The notes under the pieces are model-generated. The model did no database searches and had not been told where the DNA came from. It worked only from the letters and a program-made list of their open reading frames with translations. The translations under genes and the position numbers were made by a program. A DNA stretch of 64,000 nt from Candidatus Latescibacterota bacterium (GTDB taxonomy: Bacteria > Latescibacterota > CBDEFO01), in contig OZ252149.1 in the NCBI GenBank assembly GCA_965248755.1, positions 2,752,001-2,816,000 of the forward strand. The letters run 5' to 3'. Position 1 is the first letter of the stretch, and each line of letters starts with the position of its first letter. This document shows positions 1 to 10,051 of the stretch, piece by piece.

Positions 1-433
<433 letters not shown>

Positions 434-533
434 CTACCTCCGCATTTTAAAATAACGCCGCCAAGCTCACAAAGGTCAATATCCTATCTGACCCGAACTC
501 ACCGCTCATTGCTTGCTTAACCCAAGAATTTGG

Positions 534-562
534 TTGACACTTATCGGCTTATGTTCTATATT
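534..562 (+). promoter_or_regulatory. Sigma70-type promoter for the membrane protein gene at 636
   Basis: TTGACA-17 bp-TATATT. Confidence 0.65.
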
Positions 563-635
563 TCAAATCCCTCAACGTTTTTCAAAGCAGAATATCCGCT
601 GCAAATAGACTATCTGATTGACAGGAGAACCACAA

Positions 636-1472
636 ATGAGTAGCAGTGTCTTTTTCCTCGTATTTAGCCAGCTTTCCATAGGTGGGGCGGTGGTACTTAC
701 GATCGTTCCCGCCTATGTGTGGAGAGGGTTTTTCAGAGCTGTAGGCTTTTTGCTTTTGATAGTATCGACATTAAGCCTATTGACCGCCCAATCGCCATTT
801 GAAGAAAGCGGAATAACTTTCTCGTCAATGACCAAACTTGTATCAGATTGGAGCGGGCGGCAATATCTTTTCTTTCTCCTGTTCTCTATTCTTTTTCTAG
901 TGTATAATGTGGCCTTACAGCTCCAAAAAGAGCAATTGATGAGATATTCTATACGGCTCTGTGCTCTGACGGGCAGCTGTGCGCTATTTAGCAAAGCCAT
1001 GTCGTATCTAATGCCTTCAACGCTCTTGTGGGAAAGCATTGTCATTCCGGCTAACTTTTTCCTCTCCTCTCTGTCTTTAGGTTTAGTTCTGGATGCCATG
1101 ATACTGGGACACTGGTACTTGGTCGAGCCTAAATTCACACTTGTTCCTTTAAGACGCTTAAGCAGGCTTCTCCTTATCTGTCTTGGGATACAGAGTATTT
1201 TGTTTATATCCAATCTTATCCTTCGGCCTGAGGCAGCCGAAAGCATGCTTTCTCCATTAAGTTTCTCGGGAATATGTTTTTGGGGCAGGATAGGCGTCGG
1301 GATAGTCGGAACTCTGCTGATAATGGCCGCCACACTTTACACGCTAAGAGATCCTGCCCATCGCTCTGCTACGCAGGCTGCCACAGGGCTGCTCTACGTT
1401 GCAGTTCTCTTTGTTCTTGTGGGCGAGCTCTTTTCGAAATTCTTCTTCCTTACCACCTCCGTTGCACTTTAG
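636..1472 (+). CDS. Polytopic membrane protein of unknown function (about 8 hydrophobic segments)
   Basis: ATG at 636 after AGGAG; alternating hydrophobic helices; AMILGHWYL and ATGLLY motifs. Confidence 0.75.
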   Translation: MSSSVFFLVFSQLSIGGAVVLTIVPAYVWRGFFRAVGFLLLIVSTLSLLTAQSPFEESGITFSSMTKLVSDWSGRQYLFFLLFSILFLVYNVALQLQKEQLMRYSIRLCALTGSCALFSKAMSYLMPSTLLWESIVIPANFFLSSLSLGLVLDAMILGHWYLVEPKFTLVPLRRLSRLLLICLGIQSILFISNLILRPEAAESMLSPLSFSGICFWGRIGVGIVGTLLIMAATLYTLRDPAHRSATQAATGLLYVAVLFVLVGELFSKFFFLTTSVAL

Positions 1473-2899
1473 ACTGCAGCGGGAGGTCTTAGAGATTGGA
1501 GTTCCATTCCGCACGTTTTAGAGGTCGGAAATACCTTGCCGGGATTGCACAGGCCATCGGGGTTGAAGGCGGCCTTTAACTCCTTCATAACCTCCATGTC
1601 CGCATCGCTGAAGATCAGTGGCATATAGCTTACTTTTTCTATTCCGATGCCGTGCTCACCTGTGATCGTCCCTCCGACATCTACGCACACCTTTAGAATC
1701 TCGCCACCTGCCTTCAGAACTCTTTGTACCTCCTCTTCATCCCTCTCGTCAAAGAGGATAATAGGATGCAGATTGCCGTCTCCTGCGTGGAACACGTTAG
1801 CGATTCTCAAAGAGTACTTTTGGGCTATCCTTGCTACCTCTTGAAGGACCTCTGGAAGTTTTGTCCTTGGGACTACTCCGTCCTGGGTGCAGTAGCTGGG
1901 GCTTAGGCGACCCACAGCGCCGAACGCTCCCTTTCTGCTCTTCCACAGTAGCTGCCTTTCCGCTTCGTCCTTTGCCACCTGTATCTTGGAGGCGTTGTTC
2001 TCCTTGAAGACCTCGACGACTCTGTCTCTAAGCTCCTCTATGCCCGTCTCCAGACCGTCAAGCTCCACTATTAAGGCCGCCTTTGCGCCTTCGGGAAAGC
2101 CGAAGTGATACGCGGCCTCCACAGCTTCGATGATAAGTTCATCCATCATCTCTAAAGCCGCAGGTAGGATGCCTCTGCCTATAATCCCCGACACAGCGTT
2201 GCTTGCGTCGTCTACACTGTCGAAGATCGCCAGCAGAGTGCTGAAAGCTTCGGGGCTTCTTAAAAGCCGTACGATTGCCTCAGTCACGATGCCGAACGTC
2301 CCCTCAGACCCTACAATCACGCCTGTAAGATCGTATCCCGGACTGTCGGTTGTCCTCCCGCCTAAACGGACTATCTTTCCATCTGGCAGGACCATTTCAA
2401 CTCCTAACACGTGATTTGTGGTCACGCCGTACTTTAGAGTGTGTGGTCCTCCCGAATTTTCAGCTATGTTACCTCCGATGGTGCACGCCTGCTGACTGGA
2501 GGGGTCGGGAGCATAAAGATAACCCCTATCTTGCACCTCTTCTGTAACCCATAGATTCACAACCCCTGCCTCGACAACCGCGATCTTATTTTCCAGGTCC
2601 ACCTCTAAAATTCTATCCATCCTGTTAAGGGCTATCATGATCCCGCCATCTACGGGGAGGCATCCTCCGCTTAGGCCTGTCCCTGCACCTCTTGGGATAA
2701 ACGGGACTTGCTCTTTGTTTGCATACTTTACAATCTTTGATACCTGTTCTGTGTTCTGAGGAAAGACCACGACGTCCGGCAACGACTTCTCTATAGTGTA
2801 TCCGTCGCACTCATAGACGGCCAGTTCGTCCTCCTGGTGGACCAGGTTCCCTGCTCCTACTATCTTTTCAAGTTCCTTTACAAGCTTCTGTTTATCCAA
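1469..2899 (-). CDS. glcD: FAD-linked oxidase, glycolate oxidase subunit GlcD-like
   Basis: PRGAGTGLSGG, APDPSSQQACTIGGN, GSEGTFG, HAGDGNLHP, GEHGIG, NPGK. Confidence 0.88.
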   Translation of the reverse strand: MDKQKLVKELEKIVGAGNLVHQEDELAVYECDGYTIEKSLPDVVVFPQNTEQVSKIVKYANKEQVPFIPRGAGTGLSGGCLPVDGGIMIALNRMDRILEVDLENKIAVVEAGVVNLWVTEEVQDRGYLYAPDPSSQQACTIGGNIAENSGGPHTLKYGVTTNHVLGVEMVLPDGKIVRLGGRTTDSPGYDLTGVIVGSEGTFGIVTEAIVRLLRSPEAFSTLLAIFDSVDDASNAVSGIIGRGILPAALEMMDELIIEAVEAAYHFGFPEGAKAALIVELDGLETGIEELRDRVVEVFKENNASKIQVAKDEAERQLLWKSRKGAFGAVGRLSPSYCTQDGVVPRTKLPEVLQEVARIAQKYSLRIANVFHAGDGNLHPIILFDERDEEEVQRVLKAGGEILKVCVDVGGTITGEHGIGIEKVSYMPLIFSDADMEVMKELKAAFNPDGLCNPGKVFPTSKTCGMELQSLRPPAAV

Positions 2900-3117
2900 A
2901 AAAGATCATCCGATTGGCACAGCGGTGCAGGTCATGCCTGCCATATTTCCTTTTGCGTTGATGTTGAATGCAGTTTTCTCCACTGCAACAGGGCCCTCGT
3001 TACTATAGATCGGCCCGATGCGAAGAAGGAGGGTAAGGGCTGCGACTGAAAATATGTCTATCAAGTTCATCTGCATCATCTGCTTACGAGGAAGTATGTT
3101 TCTGACCTTTATCCGGG

Positions 3118-4098
3118 TTATCTCCTTACAGATGGGAGATCTTTGAAGGAGAAGCGAGTCTCCACCCACTTATGCGCACGACCGTCTATCTCTACACAGG
3201 GATAGATAAAGTAGTTGATCGGTTCTCCTTCCTGTGGAGGGGTGAGCACGATATCGCGGCCCACCGAAAGCTGCACCCGATTCTCGTCGTGTGCTCCGAA
3301 ATAGTAGTCGAATAACTCCGGGTGCTTGCTGGCCTCCGAACTATCCACCGGCCACCAACCGAGCCCCGTCAGGTGGAGCGCGGCCCAGCAGTGGTAGCCT
3401 GAGATCGCCCCGCTGCCCCGCGCATGAGGTAGTGGGAAACCGATCTCGAACTGGGCAGGGATGCCCACAGCGCGGGCCATACCGATCAACAGGGCATGAA
3501 AGTCAGTGCAATTCCCCCGGCGCACCGTGCACGCGTAGAGGGCGTCACCCTGTCCCCATCCCTCTCCACTCTTATCGTAAGTGACATTCCGACTCACAAA
3601 GTCGTAGATCGCCCGGGCATTCTGAAGGTCGGTCGTCGCCTCAACGGTCACGCCAGCAGCCAGTCGGGCCACCACACCGTCGATCGGCACCAGCCGGTTT
3701 GGAGAGAGAAACTGCTCCAGGTGGGCTGTTGCCACGCCGTCCGACCCTTCTGGGCGGCGTTCCTTTCGAAGAACCGTAAACTGCATCCGGACCGAAACTT
3801 TCTGCTGCCGGGGAGGCTGGGCGCTCAGGTAGAGGATAGCGTTGTCGTACTCCAGATCGCGGGTTACCCGAGTCGCGTAATCGGTCTCTACCTTCACCTC
3901 TCCGATGTTCTGATATGGGTCGGACTCCGGATAGGGCAGCCAGACCTCTACCCGCCTTGCGCCCTCCGGGATGTTCCGCACTTCTGCCTCGTACGTGAAC
4001 TCAAAAAAGCGTTGCCGCGGCTCTTCCATGGCGGCAGATGCCGACGCCGCAGCGGCCAGGAGGCCGCAGAAGATCAGGCTCTTTTTCGTCGAACTCAC
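3118..4098 (-). CDS. Exported transglutaminase-like domain protein
   Basis: Likely GTG start at 4098 followed by a signal peptide; catalytic triad motifs GNCTDFH, YHCWA, WWPVD; GC-richer than the flanking core genes. Confidence 0.85.
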   Translation of the reverse strand: MSSTKKSLIFCGLLAAAASASAAMEEPRQRFFEFTYEAEVRNIPEGARRVEVWLPYPESDPYQNIGEVKVETDYATRVTRDLEYDNAILYLSAQPPRQQKVSVRMQFTVLRKERRPEGSDGVATAHLEQFLSPNRLVPIDGVVARLAAGVTVEATTDLQNARAIYDFVSRNVTYDKSGEGWGQGDALYACTVRRGNCTDFHALLIGMARAVGIPAQFEIGFPLPHARGSGAISGYHCWAALHLTGLGWWPVDSSEASKHPELFDYYFGAHDENRVQLSVGRDIVLTPPQEGEPINYFIYPCVEIDGRAHKWVETRFSFKDLPSVRR

Positions 4099-4292
4099 AT
4101 TAATGCTCTCCGGAGTTTCCTTGAGGAAACGTGTGGAAATCGACTCACCCCGCGCGGGATTAGGTTGGCTGACCCTCACAAGTTACAACGGCTTTGAAGT
4201 CCCACGAGGCCACCAGCAAGAAGAAGCACTCGCAGACACGGAGCATAAACAGATCGGCGCAAAGCAGAGCCCACGTTTTACCGCTCTCCGCT

Positions 4293-4790
4293 TTACTGGC
4301 GTTTCCAGACACCCTGCTCTTCTTTCCACGTGTAACGGGCGATTCCACCCACTTTGTGGATCATGATCTCGTTCACCTGCAGGCCGGATTCGGACTTGCG
4401 CATAAAGAAATCCAGATCGTAAAGACGATTGTCAGGTGTCTTGAAATCTGCGCAGGCAAAATAGCGATCCTTGCCCACCTTGGCAAGGCGGTCATCGTGA
4501 ACGCGGTCCAGAGTCAGCGTGAGGGCCTTCCGCACCTGTCGGTCATAGATTAAAAAAAACCCCCCCTTCAGCGCGGCGTCCCCTTTAAGGTAGTCTGAAA
4601 TGTCCCGGGCCAGGGTCTCTCTTGTCACTTTGGTCTCGTGTCCTTCAGGGTGTTCCTGGGTATGCTCTTCAGCGTGTTCTTGGGGATGTTCCTCAGGGTG
4701 TTCCCCCGCCATCAGAGCGGAACCCGTAACCAGAACTGCTATTGTCACCAGGACAATGCACATGGACCGTAACTGTGTCAACCTAGTCAT
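4293..4790 (-). CDS. Exported protein with His/Glu-rich (EHP) N-terminal repeats
   Basis: Signal peptide, then EHPEEHPQEHAEEHTQEHPEGH and a globular C-terminal domain; GGAGG RBS; start overlaps the PHP gene stop. Confidence 0.75.
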   Translation of the reverse strand: MTRLTQLRSMCIVLVTIAVLVTGSALMAGEHPEEHPQEHAEEHTQEHPEGHETKVTRETLARDISDYLKGDAALKGGFFLIYDRQVRKALTLTLDRVHDDRLAKVGKDRYFACADFKTPDNRLYDLDFFMRKSESGLQVNEIMIHKVGGIARYTWKEEQGVWKRQ

Positions 4791-5646
4791 CGTTACCTCC
4801 CTTTATATTGTCTTGCCGTATCTTTTCTGCTTTTCCCTTCATTTTTCCCACCAGGTCTTGGGACACTCCGAAGCTCCCCATCGGCGGAGCGCCATTCTTG
4901 GCGTGAAAGTCGGATCCCGCTGTTTCCAATAGATCGTGTTTGCAGGCGATCTTTCTATATCTTTGAACCTGCCTCTGGTCATGCTTGGGATGCGCTACCT
5001 CGATGCCATCTATACCAAAGGATATAAGTTCCACCACAGTACCATCGGAAAGGGCGATCCCAGGATGAGCTAAGACTGCCAATCCTCCTGCAGAATGTAT
5101 AAGGTTGATAGCATCTTTCGGAGAGATCCTGAACTTATCCGCGTAAGCTGTTCCGTTGTAGCCTATGTAGCTATCGAACGCTTCCTGAGTAGTCCTGACA
5201 AATCCCCCTTCGACCATGACTTCTGCGATGTGAGGTCTGCCCACAGAGCCATATCCCGACTTTTTGAGGACCTCTTCTATAGTAATGCCGACGCCCAAGC
5301 TATTCAATATCTCCACCATCTTTTCTGCTCTTCTTACTCGTGCATCTCTAAATTTACCGATGTAGCTCACGAGTCCCTCATTTTTGTGGTCGATAAGATA
5401 GGCTAAGATATGGATGTCCCTGCTGCTGTACTCTGAGCTTAACTCCAATCCTGGGACTATCTGGACGTCGGATTGCTCTCCCAATCTTAACGCTTCATCG
5501 ATCCCGTCTACGGTATCGTGATCGACAATGCTTATAGCCCTTAAGCTCGCTTTCACGGCAGTTTGGACTAGTTCATCTACACCGCAGTTACCATCCGAAT
5601 ATGTCGAGTGGACATGCAGATCCGCCCATATAGATATATCCGCCAC
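4783..5646 (-). CDS. PHP-family metallophosphoesterase (TrpH/YciV-like)
   Basis: DLHVHSTYSDG, IVDHDT, GLELS, IHILAY, GRPHIA, LAHP, GSDFH; start chosen at GTG 5646 (ORF extends to 5679). Confidence 0.9.
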   Translation of the reverse strand: MADISIWADLHVHSTYSDGNCGVDELVQTAVKASLRAISIVDHDTVDGIDEALRLGEQSDVQIVPGLELSSEYSSRDIHILAYLIDHKNEGLVSYIGKFRDARVRRAEKMVEILNSLGVGITIEEVLKKSGYGSVGRPHIAEVMVEGGFVRTTQEAFDSYIGYNGTAYADKFRISPKDAINLIHSAGGLAVLAHPGIALSDGTVVELISFGIDGIEVAHPKHDQRQVQRYRKIACKHDLLETAGSDFHAKNGAPPMGSFGVSQDLVGKMKGKAEKIRQDNIKGGNDD

Positions 5647-5690
5647 ATATTGCCCCTTCCCATCAGGATTTTTCAGCAAAGATTATTGTG

Positions 5691-6752
5691 CTAATATTGT
5701 ATGCACTCAGAATCTACGACGTTCGGGTAGCTGTACTCCTTCCCTTCGTAGTTTCTCAGTATTATCTCATCCCCGTTGGATTTCACTACGTAATTGGGAA
5801 GAATCGGAATCTTGCCGCCACCTCCGGGGGCGTCTATTACGTAATGGGGTATGGCCATCCCGGAGGTGAAGCCCTGAAGCGACTTCATGATTTCCAGGCC
5901 TTTCTCCACGGATGTTCTGAAGTGCTCTGTCCCTGTGACGAGGTCCGCCTGATAAAGATAATACGGTTTGACTCTAATTGCAAGGAGCTTTTGCATGAGC
6001 TCCTTCATAATCTGGGCATCGTCATTTACGCCCTTTAGGAGCACTGCCTGATTCCCCAGAGGGATTCCTGCATCCGCTAACATCTCACACGCCTTTGTAG
6101 CCTCCGCTGTTACCTCATCCGGATGGTTAAAGTGCGTGTTGATGTAGAGCGGGTGGTATTTTTTCAATACCTTGCACAGATCGGGGGTTATGCGCTGAGG
6201 GAGGGCGCAGGGGACCTTGGAGCCTATCCTTAAGATCTCCAGATGAGGTATGCTCCTTAAAGATCTCAGGATATAATCGAGCCTGTCGTCAGAGAGCATG
6301 AGTGGATCGCCGCCCGAAAGGATCACGTCTCTTATCTCAGAATGATTTCGTATATATTCGATTCCCTGGTTTACGTGTTCCTTCGAGAAGAACTCAGGCT
6401 GACCGACCTTTCTTTTTCTTGTGCAGAATCTGCAATATATGGGACACTGATAGTTTACGTAGAAAAGCACCCTGTCCGGGTATCTATGAGTCAAGTTCGG
6501 AACGGGACTGTCGTCCTCTTCACCTAATGGATCATCTACTCCTATGGGATCTAAAGTCTCCTCGATTACAGGGACAGTCTGTTTCCAGAACGCATCTCCC
6601 TTCTCCTTTATCAGATCGAGCCAGTACTTATTTATCCTTATCGGGAACTCTTGGCTGACTATTTCTGCGGTCTGTTTGTCTACATCGAAATGCCTATCCA
6701 ATTGCTCGGCGGTGTGGACGCCTTCCTTCATCAGGCGTTTCCATTCTTCCAT
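5691..6752 (-). CDS. kamA: KamA-family radical SAM/PLP enzyme (lysine 2,3-aminomutase-like)
   Basis: HRYPDRVL, CPIYCRFC, SGGDPL, HFNHP, NQAVLLKGVND, YQAD, IDAPGGGGK. Confidence 0.9.
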   Translation of the reverse strand: MEEWKRLMKEGVHTAEQLDRHFDVDKQTAEIVSQEFPIRINKYWLDLIKEKGDAFWKQTVPVIEETLDPIGVDDPLGEEDDSPVPNLTHRYPDRVLFYVNYQCPIYCRFCTRKRKVGQPEFFSKEHVNQGIEYIRNHSEIRDVILSGGDPLMLSDDRLDYILRSLRSIPHLEILRIGSKVPCALPQRITPDLCKVLKKYHPLYINTHFNHPDEVTAEATKACEMLADAGIPLGNQAVLLKGVNDDAQIMKELMQKLLAIRVKPYYLYQADLVTGTEHFRTSVEKGLEIMKSLQGFTSGMAIPHYVIDAPGGGGKIPILPNYVVKSNGDEIILRNYEGKEYSYPNVVDSECIQY

Positions 6753-6806
6753 GTCTTTATATATCCTCTTTTTTTAAAGTTTAACCTACAATTTACCTTT
6801 GGGCGC

Positions 6807-7376
6807 TTAATTCGGTCTGTTGAGAAGGTCCAAAAACTCCTCTCTTACAGGTTTATCCAGAAAGCATCCCCTTATAGCTGAAGTGGTCGTCAATGCCTCC
6901 GGTTTTTCCACCCCTCTCATCTCCATGCAAAGATGTCTTGCCTCTACCACCACCATAGCCCCCAGAGGAGAGAGTTTCTCCTCCACAAATGTTATTATCT
7001 GCTCAGTCATCCTCTCTTGAACCTGTGGTCTCCTGGCATAAAACTCAACTATTCTAGCTAACTTGCTTATGCCCAGGATGTGATCTGTTGGGATATAAGC
7101 CATGTGGGCCTTTCCGAAAAAAGGAACCAGATGGTGAGCGCACATAGAATAAAACGTGATGTCTTTCACCATCACCATGTTGTTGTAGCCTTCATCGTTG
7201 GGAAAGCAGGTTATCTTCGGCTCGTTCCCGTTATCCAGTCCACTGAACATCTCCAGATACATCTTTGCTACTCTTGTGTGAGTATCTTTAAGATTTGGAT
7301 CCGATATATCCAATCCTAATGTCTTGATGACCTCTCTTATGTGAAAACTTATCTTTTCAACCTTTTCTCTTTCCAT
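6807..7376 (-). CDS. folE: GTP cyclohydrolase I
   Basis: [34 protein letters not shown] at 7376 after GGGGAGGG. Confidence 0.93.
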   Translation of the reverse strand: MEREKVEKISFHIREVIKTLGLDISDPNLKDTHTRVAKMYLEMFSGLDNGNEPKITCFPNDEGYNNMVMVKDITFYSMCAHHLVPFFGKAHMAYIPTDHILGISKLARIVEFYARRPQVQERMTEQIITFVEEKLSPLGAMVVVEARHLCMEMRGVEKPEALTTTSAIRGCFLDKPVREEFLDLLNRPN

Positions 7377-7414
7377 TTGTTTCCCTCCCCGTTTACGGAT
7401 ATTCACCATTGTGC

Positions 7415-7460
7415 AAACAGAAAATGCCGGTCTACTTTAGAAAAGAGAAAGAGCCGGCAT
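7415..7460 (-). terminator. Terminator-like hairpin between iscA and folE
   Basis: Minus strand ATGCCGG...CCGGCAT followed by TTTCTGTTT; loop is large. Confidence 0.45.
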
Positions 7461-7731
7461 CTGACTTCTTCACAGGACTGTAAAGTGCGTTGACTCGAAC
7501 CGAATAACCTTTATTGCCTGAGCAATATCTTGGAGTGTAGAAAGCCTAGGGAGTCTTTCTGTCTTGCAGCTTCCTACTTGAGGTCAGCATTTGACCCGTA
7601 TCCACAAGTTAAGTTCGCCTTAGTATCTACAATGAACGACTGCCAGAAGAAAGGGCGCTTTGTTAGTTCTCACGCCAGAATAAAGGAGACCGGCTGCTCT
7701 TTTCCGATTCTGTCTCTGTCCGTGAGGGTTC

Positions 7732-8055
7732 TTACGCGCTGAAGGATTCGCCACAGCCGCAGGTTGACTTGGCATTAGGATTTTCTATCTTGAAGCCTGC
7801 CCCCATCAATCCATCTGTATAATCCAGCTGTGAACCAGCAAGATATAACGAACTCTTCATGTCCATAAAGACCTTGACATCTTTGCAATCTATTACCCTG
7901 TCGGACTCTTTGGGAGCTTCATCAAACGCAAGGCTATGCTGAAATCCCGAGCATCCTCCTCCCACTACCATCATCCTTAAACCGTACTCGGGTTGTCCGT
8001 GCTCCTCAGGCATCGTTTTGATCTTCTCATCTGCCGTATCTGTGACCGTTATCAT
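7732..8055 (-). CDS. iscA: A-type Fe-S carrier (IscA/ErpA/HesB family)
   Basis: GGGCSG and NPNAKSTCGCGESF. Confidence 0.9.
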   Translation of the reverse strand: MITVTDTADEKIKTMPEEHGQPEYGLRMMVVGGGCSGFQHSLAFDEAPKESDRVIDCKDVKVFMDMKSSLYLAGSQLDYTDGLMGAGFKIENPNAKSTCGCGESFSA

Positions 8056-8092
8056 TTTCCAAGCCTCCTGTTCTACTCAGAATCGCCGAACT

Positions 8093-8344
8093 TCAAAGGT
8101 CAAAATCCTGCTGTTCCACGATTAGTTCCTCAAGTTCGGGAACTTGGTTTTTTATATATCTTTCAACACCCGACTGCACCGTCATCTGAAGACCGGGGGA
8201 TTGTAAGAGACCTTCAAATCTTACTTTGGCTGAATTTCCAATTATCTCAATCAGTTCGATGTCGACACAGTCGTCTTTCAAAGCGGGTCTGATTTGGTTT
8301 AGGACCTCTTCTATCTTCTCTTTGATGCCAACATTTCCAGACAT
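8093..8344 (-). CDS. NifU C-terminal (Nfu)-like domain protein lacking the CxxC motif
   Basis: IEEVLNQIRPAL..D..DIELIEI...KVRFEG...MTVQSGVE..IK..VPE matches the Nfu fold; located between iscS and iscA. Confidence 0.75.
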   Translation of the reverse strand: MSGNVGIKEKIEEVLNQIRPALKDDCVDIELIEIIGNSAKVRFEGLLQSPGLQMTVQSGVERYIKNQVPELEELIVEQQDFDL

Positions 8345-8360
8345 ATTCTTCCTCTGCCTT

Positions 8361-9587
8361 TCAGACTTCTACAAATCCTGATGGGTCGTCTACCTTATTT
8401 AATTCTATCCCCTGAACTTTCATCCTGTACAGAGGGGACATCTCCCTCAACTTGTGGACATTTTCTATCACCGATTCTGTCACGAAATCCACCTCTTCCT
8501 CGGTGTTGTACCTGCCGAGTCCGAACCTGATGGACGTGTAGGCTAATGATGGGTCTATCCCCATCGCTGTCAGCACATAGGACGGCTCCGGATCCTTCGA
8601 TGTGCACGCCGATCCAGAGGATATAGCTATGTCCTTCAGGCTTAAAAGCAACGACTCTCCTTCTATGAACTCAAAGCTCAAGTTCAAATTACCGGGGAGT
8701 CTCTCCCTAAGATGTCCGTTCAGGTACACATATTCCACACCTTCGGTGATCCCTCTGTAAAGCTTATCTCTGAGGTACGTCAGTCTCGTTGCCTCCTCTT
8801 CCATCTTCTGTCCGCATATGTTGCAAGCTGCGCCGAGACCGACTATGCCAGACACGTTTAGTGTTCCGCTCCTGAGATTCTTCTCGTGTCCTCCGCCGTC
8901 AATTAGGGGTTTCAGTCTGATCCTCGGTCGCCGCTTTCTGATATACAGAGCCCCCACACCTTTGGGACCGTATATCTTATGCCCGGATATGGACATCATA
9001 TCGAGGCACAATTCGTCCACGTTACAGGGTATCTTACCCACAGCCTGAACGGCGTCACAGTGAAACAGGATGCCCCTCTCCTGGGCGATTCTGCCTATCT
9101 CGGGGACAGGATGCTTCGTGCCTATCTCGCTGTTGATATACATGATAGTGATAAGGATCGTGTCGTTCTTTATCGCTTGGGACACGTCGTCGGGATCGAC
9201 CATTCCGTACTTATCTACAGGCAAATATGTCACTTCGAATCCGTCTTTTTCCAAAGCCTTGCACGTATCCAGAACGGCTTTATGCTCGGTCTTACAGGTT
9301 ACGATGTGATTTCCCTTATGGCTGTAGCTGTAGGCAACCCCCTTTATCGCCATATTGTCTGATTCGGTCGCTCCGCTTGTAAAGATTATGTCCTCCGGAA
9401 AAGCCCCGATCAGGTTTGCCACCTGTTCTCTTGACTTTTGGACAGCGGCCTCAGCTATCTGCCCGAAGATATGACTACTGCTGGCAGCGTTCCCGAAGCT
9501 GTCCGTAAAATAGGGCATCATAACGTCCAGCACCCTGCGGTCTACAGGTGTTGTAGCGTTGTGATCCATGTATATAGGTTTTTTCAA
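8361..9587 (-). CDS. iscS: Cysteine desulfurase IscS
   Basis: YMDHNATTP, FTSGATESDN, SGHKIYGPKGVG, RSGTLNV, SSGSACTS; likely TTG start at 9587 after AAGGA. Confidence 0.93.
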   Translation of the reverse strand: MKKPIYMDHNATTPVDRRVLDVMMPYFTDSFGNAASSSHIFGQIAEAAVQKSREQVANLIGAFPEDIIFTSGATESDNMAIKGVAYSYSHKGNHIVTCKTEHKAVLDTCKALEKDGFEVTYLPVDKYGMVDPDDVSQAIKNDTILITIMYINSEIGTKHPVPEIGRIAQERGILFHCDAVQAVGKIPCNVDELCLDMMSISGHKIYGPKGVGALYIRKRRPRIRLKPLIDGGGHEKNLRSGTLNVSGIVGLGAACNICGQKMEEEATRLTYLRDKLYRGITEGVEYVYLNGHLRERLPGNLNLSFEFIEGESLLLSLKDIAISSGSACTSKDPEPSYVLTAMGIDPSLAYTSIRFGLGRYNTEEEVDFVTESVIENVHKLREMSPLYRMKVQGIELNKVDDPSGFVEV

Positions 9588-9913
9588 CGTAGAGAGTCCT
9601 TTGCGATCCCTGTATGCCGAGATATTTGCGAATTGACCCATAGACAGACTTGTATAGAATATAGGAGACTTTGACGTAAACGGCAAGTTCTTTTTTCAGT
9701 GCTCTCCAAGGGATGTTTACTACACTTTCTGGGAACAACGGCCCCGATTGAGGATTGCGCTTTTTTACGTGTACATCGAATGTCTTGCTCACATCGTCCG
9801 ATAGGCCGGGGATGGCAGGGCGCCGCGAGTTAACAGACTGGAAGACGTGATAATTGTGTTCCAGCTTAGAAGTTACATAGAAAGATAGCAAGCTTTTGAC
9901 AACAAATCAATAG

Positions 9914-10001
9914 TTTTAACGTATCCGGACTGGACGTAGCAACATTCTTACACGTCCGGTGTAGGTCAACGGGCAGATACGTACGCACAGCTCTGTTAGG
10001 G
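9914..10001 (-). mobile_element. attC-like site
   Basis: Minus strand (G)CCCTAAC...GTTAAAA, 88 bp, with internal inverted repeats (GTATC/GATAC, GGACGT/ACGTCC); a GTTAGGC core lies 12 nt upstream. Confidence 0.5.
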
Positions 10002-10051
10002 CAACAGCTTTGGGCCTAACCCGATTACGCTTTGCGCGTTTACTATACCTC

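Noticed and set aside
2906..3169. 87-aa ORF between the transglutaminase gene and glcD
   Set aside because: Overlaps the upstream gene and has no recognisable motif; at most a signal-peptide-like remnant
7732..8344. Selenocysteine read-through in iscA or nfu, prompted by selA
   Set aside because: IscA has all three Cys as Cys codons and the Nfu-like frame has no TGA at the CxxC position; I noticed no Sec candidate elsewhere but did not screen exhaustively
9475..9891. 138-aa minus-strand ORF upstream of iscS
   Set aside because: Overlaps iscS in another frame and shows no Rrf2 or other motif
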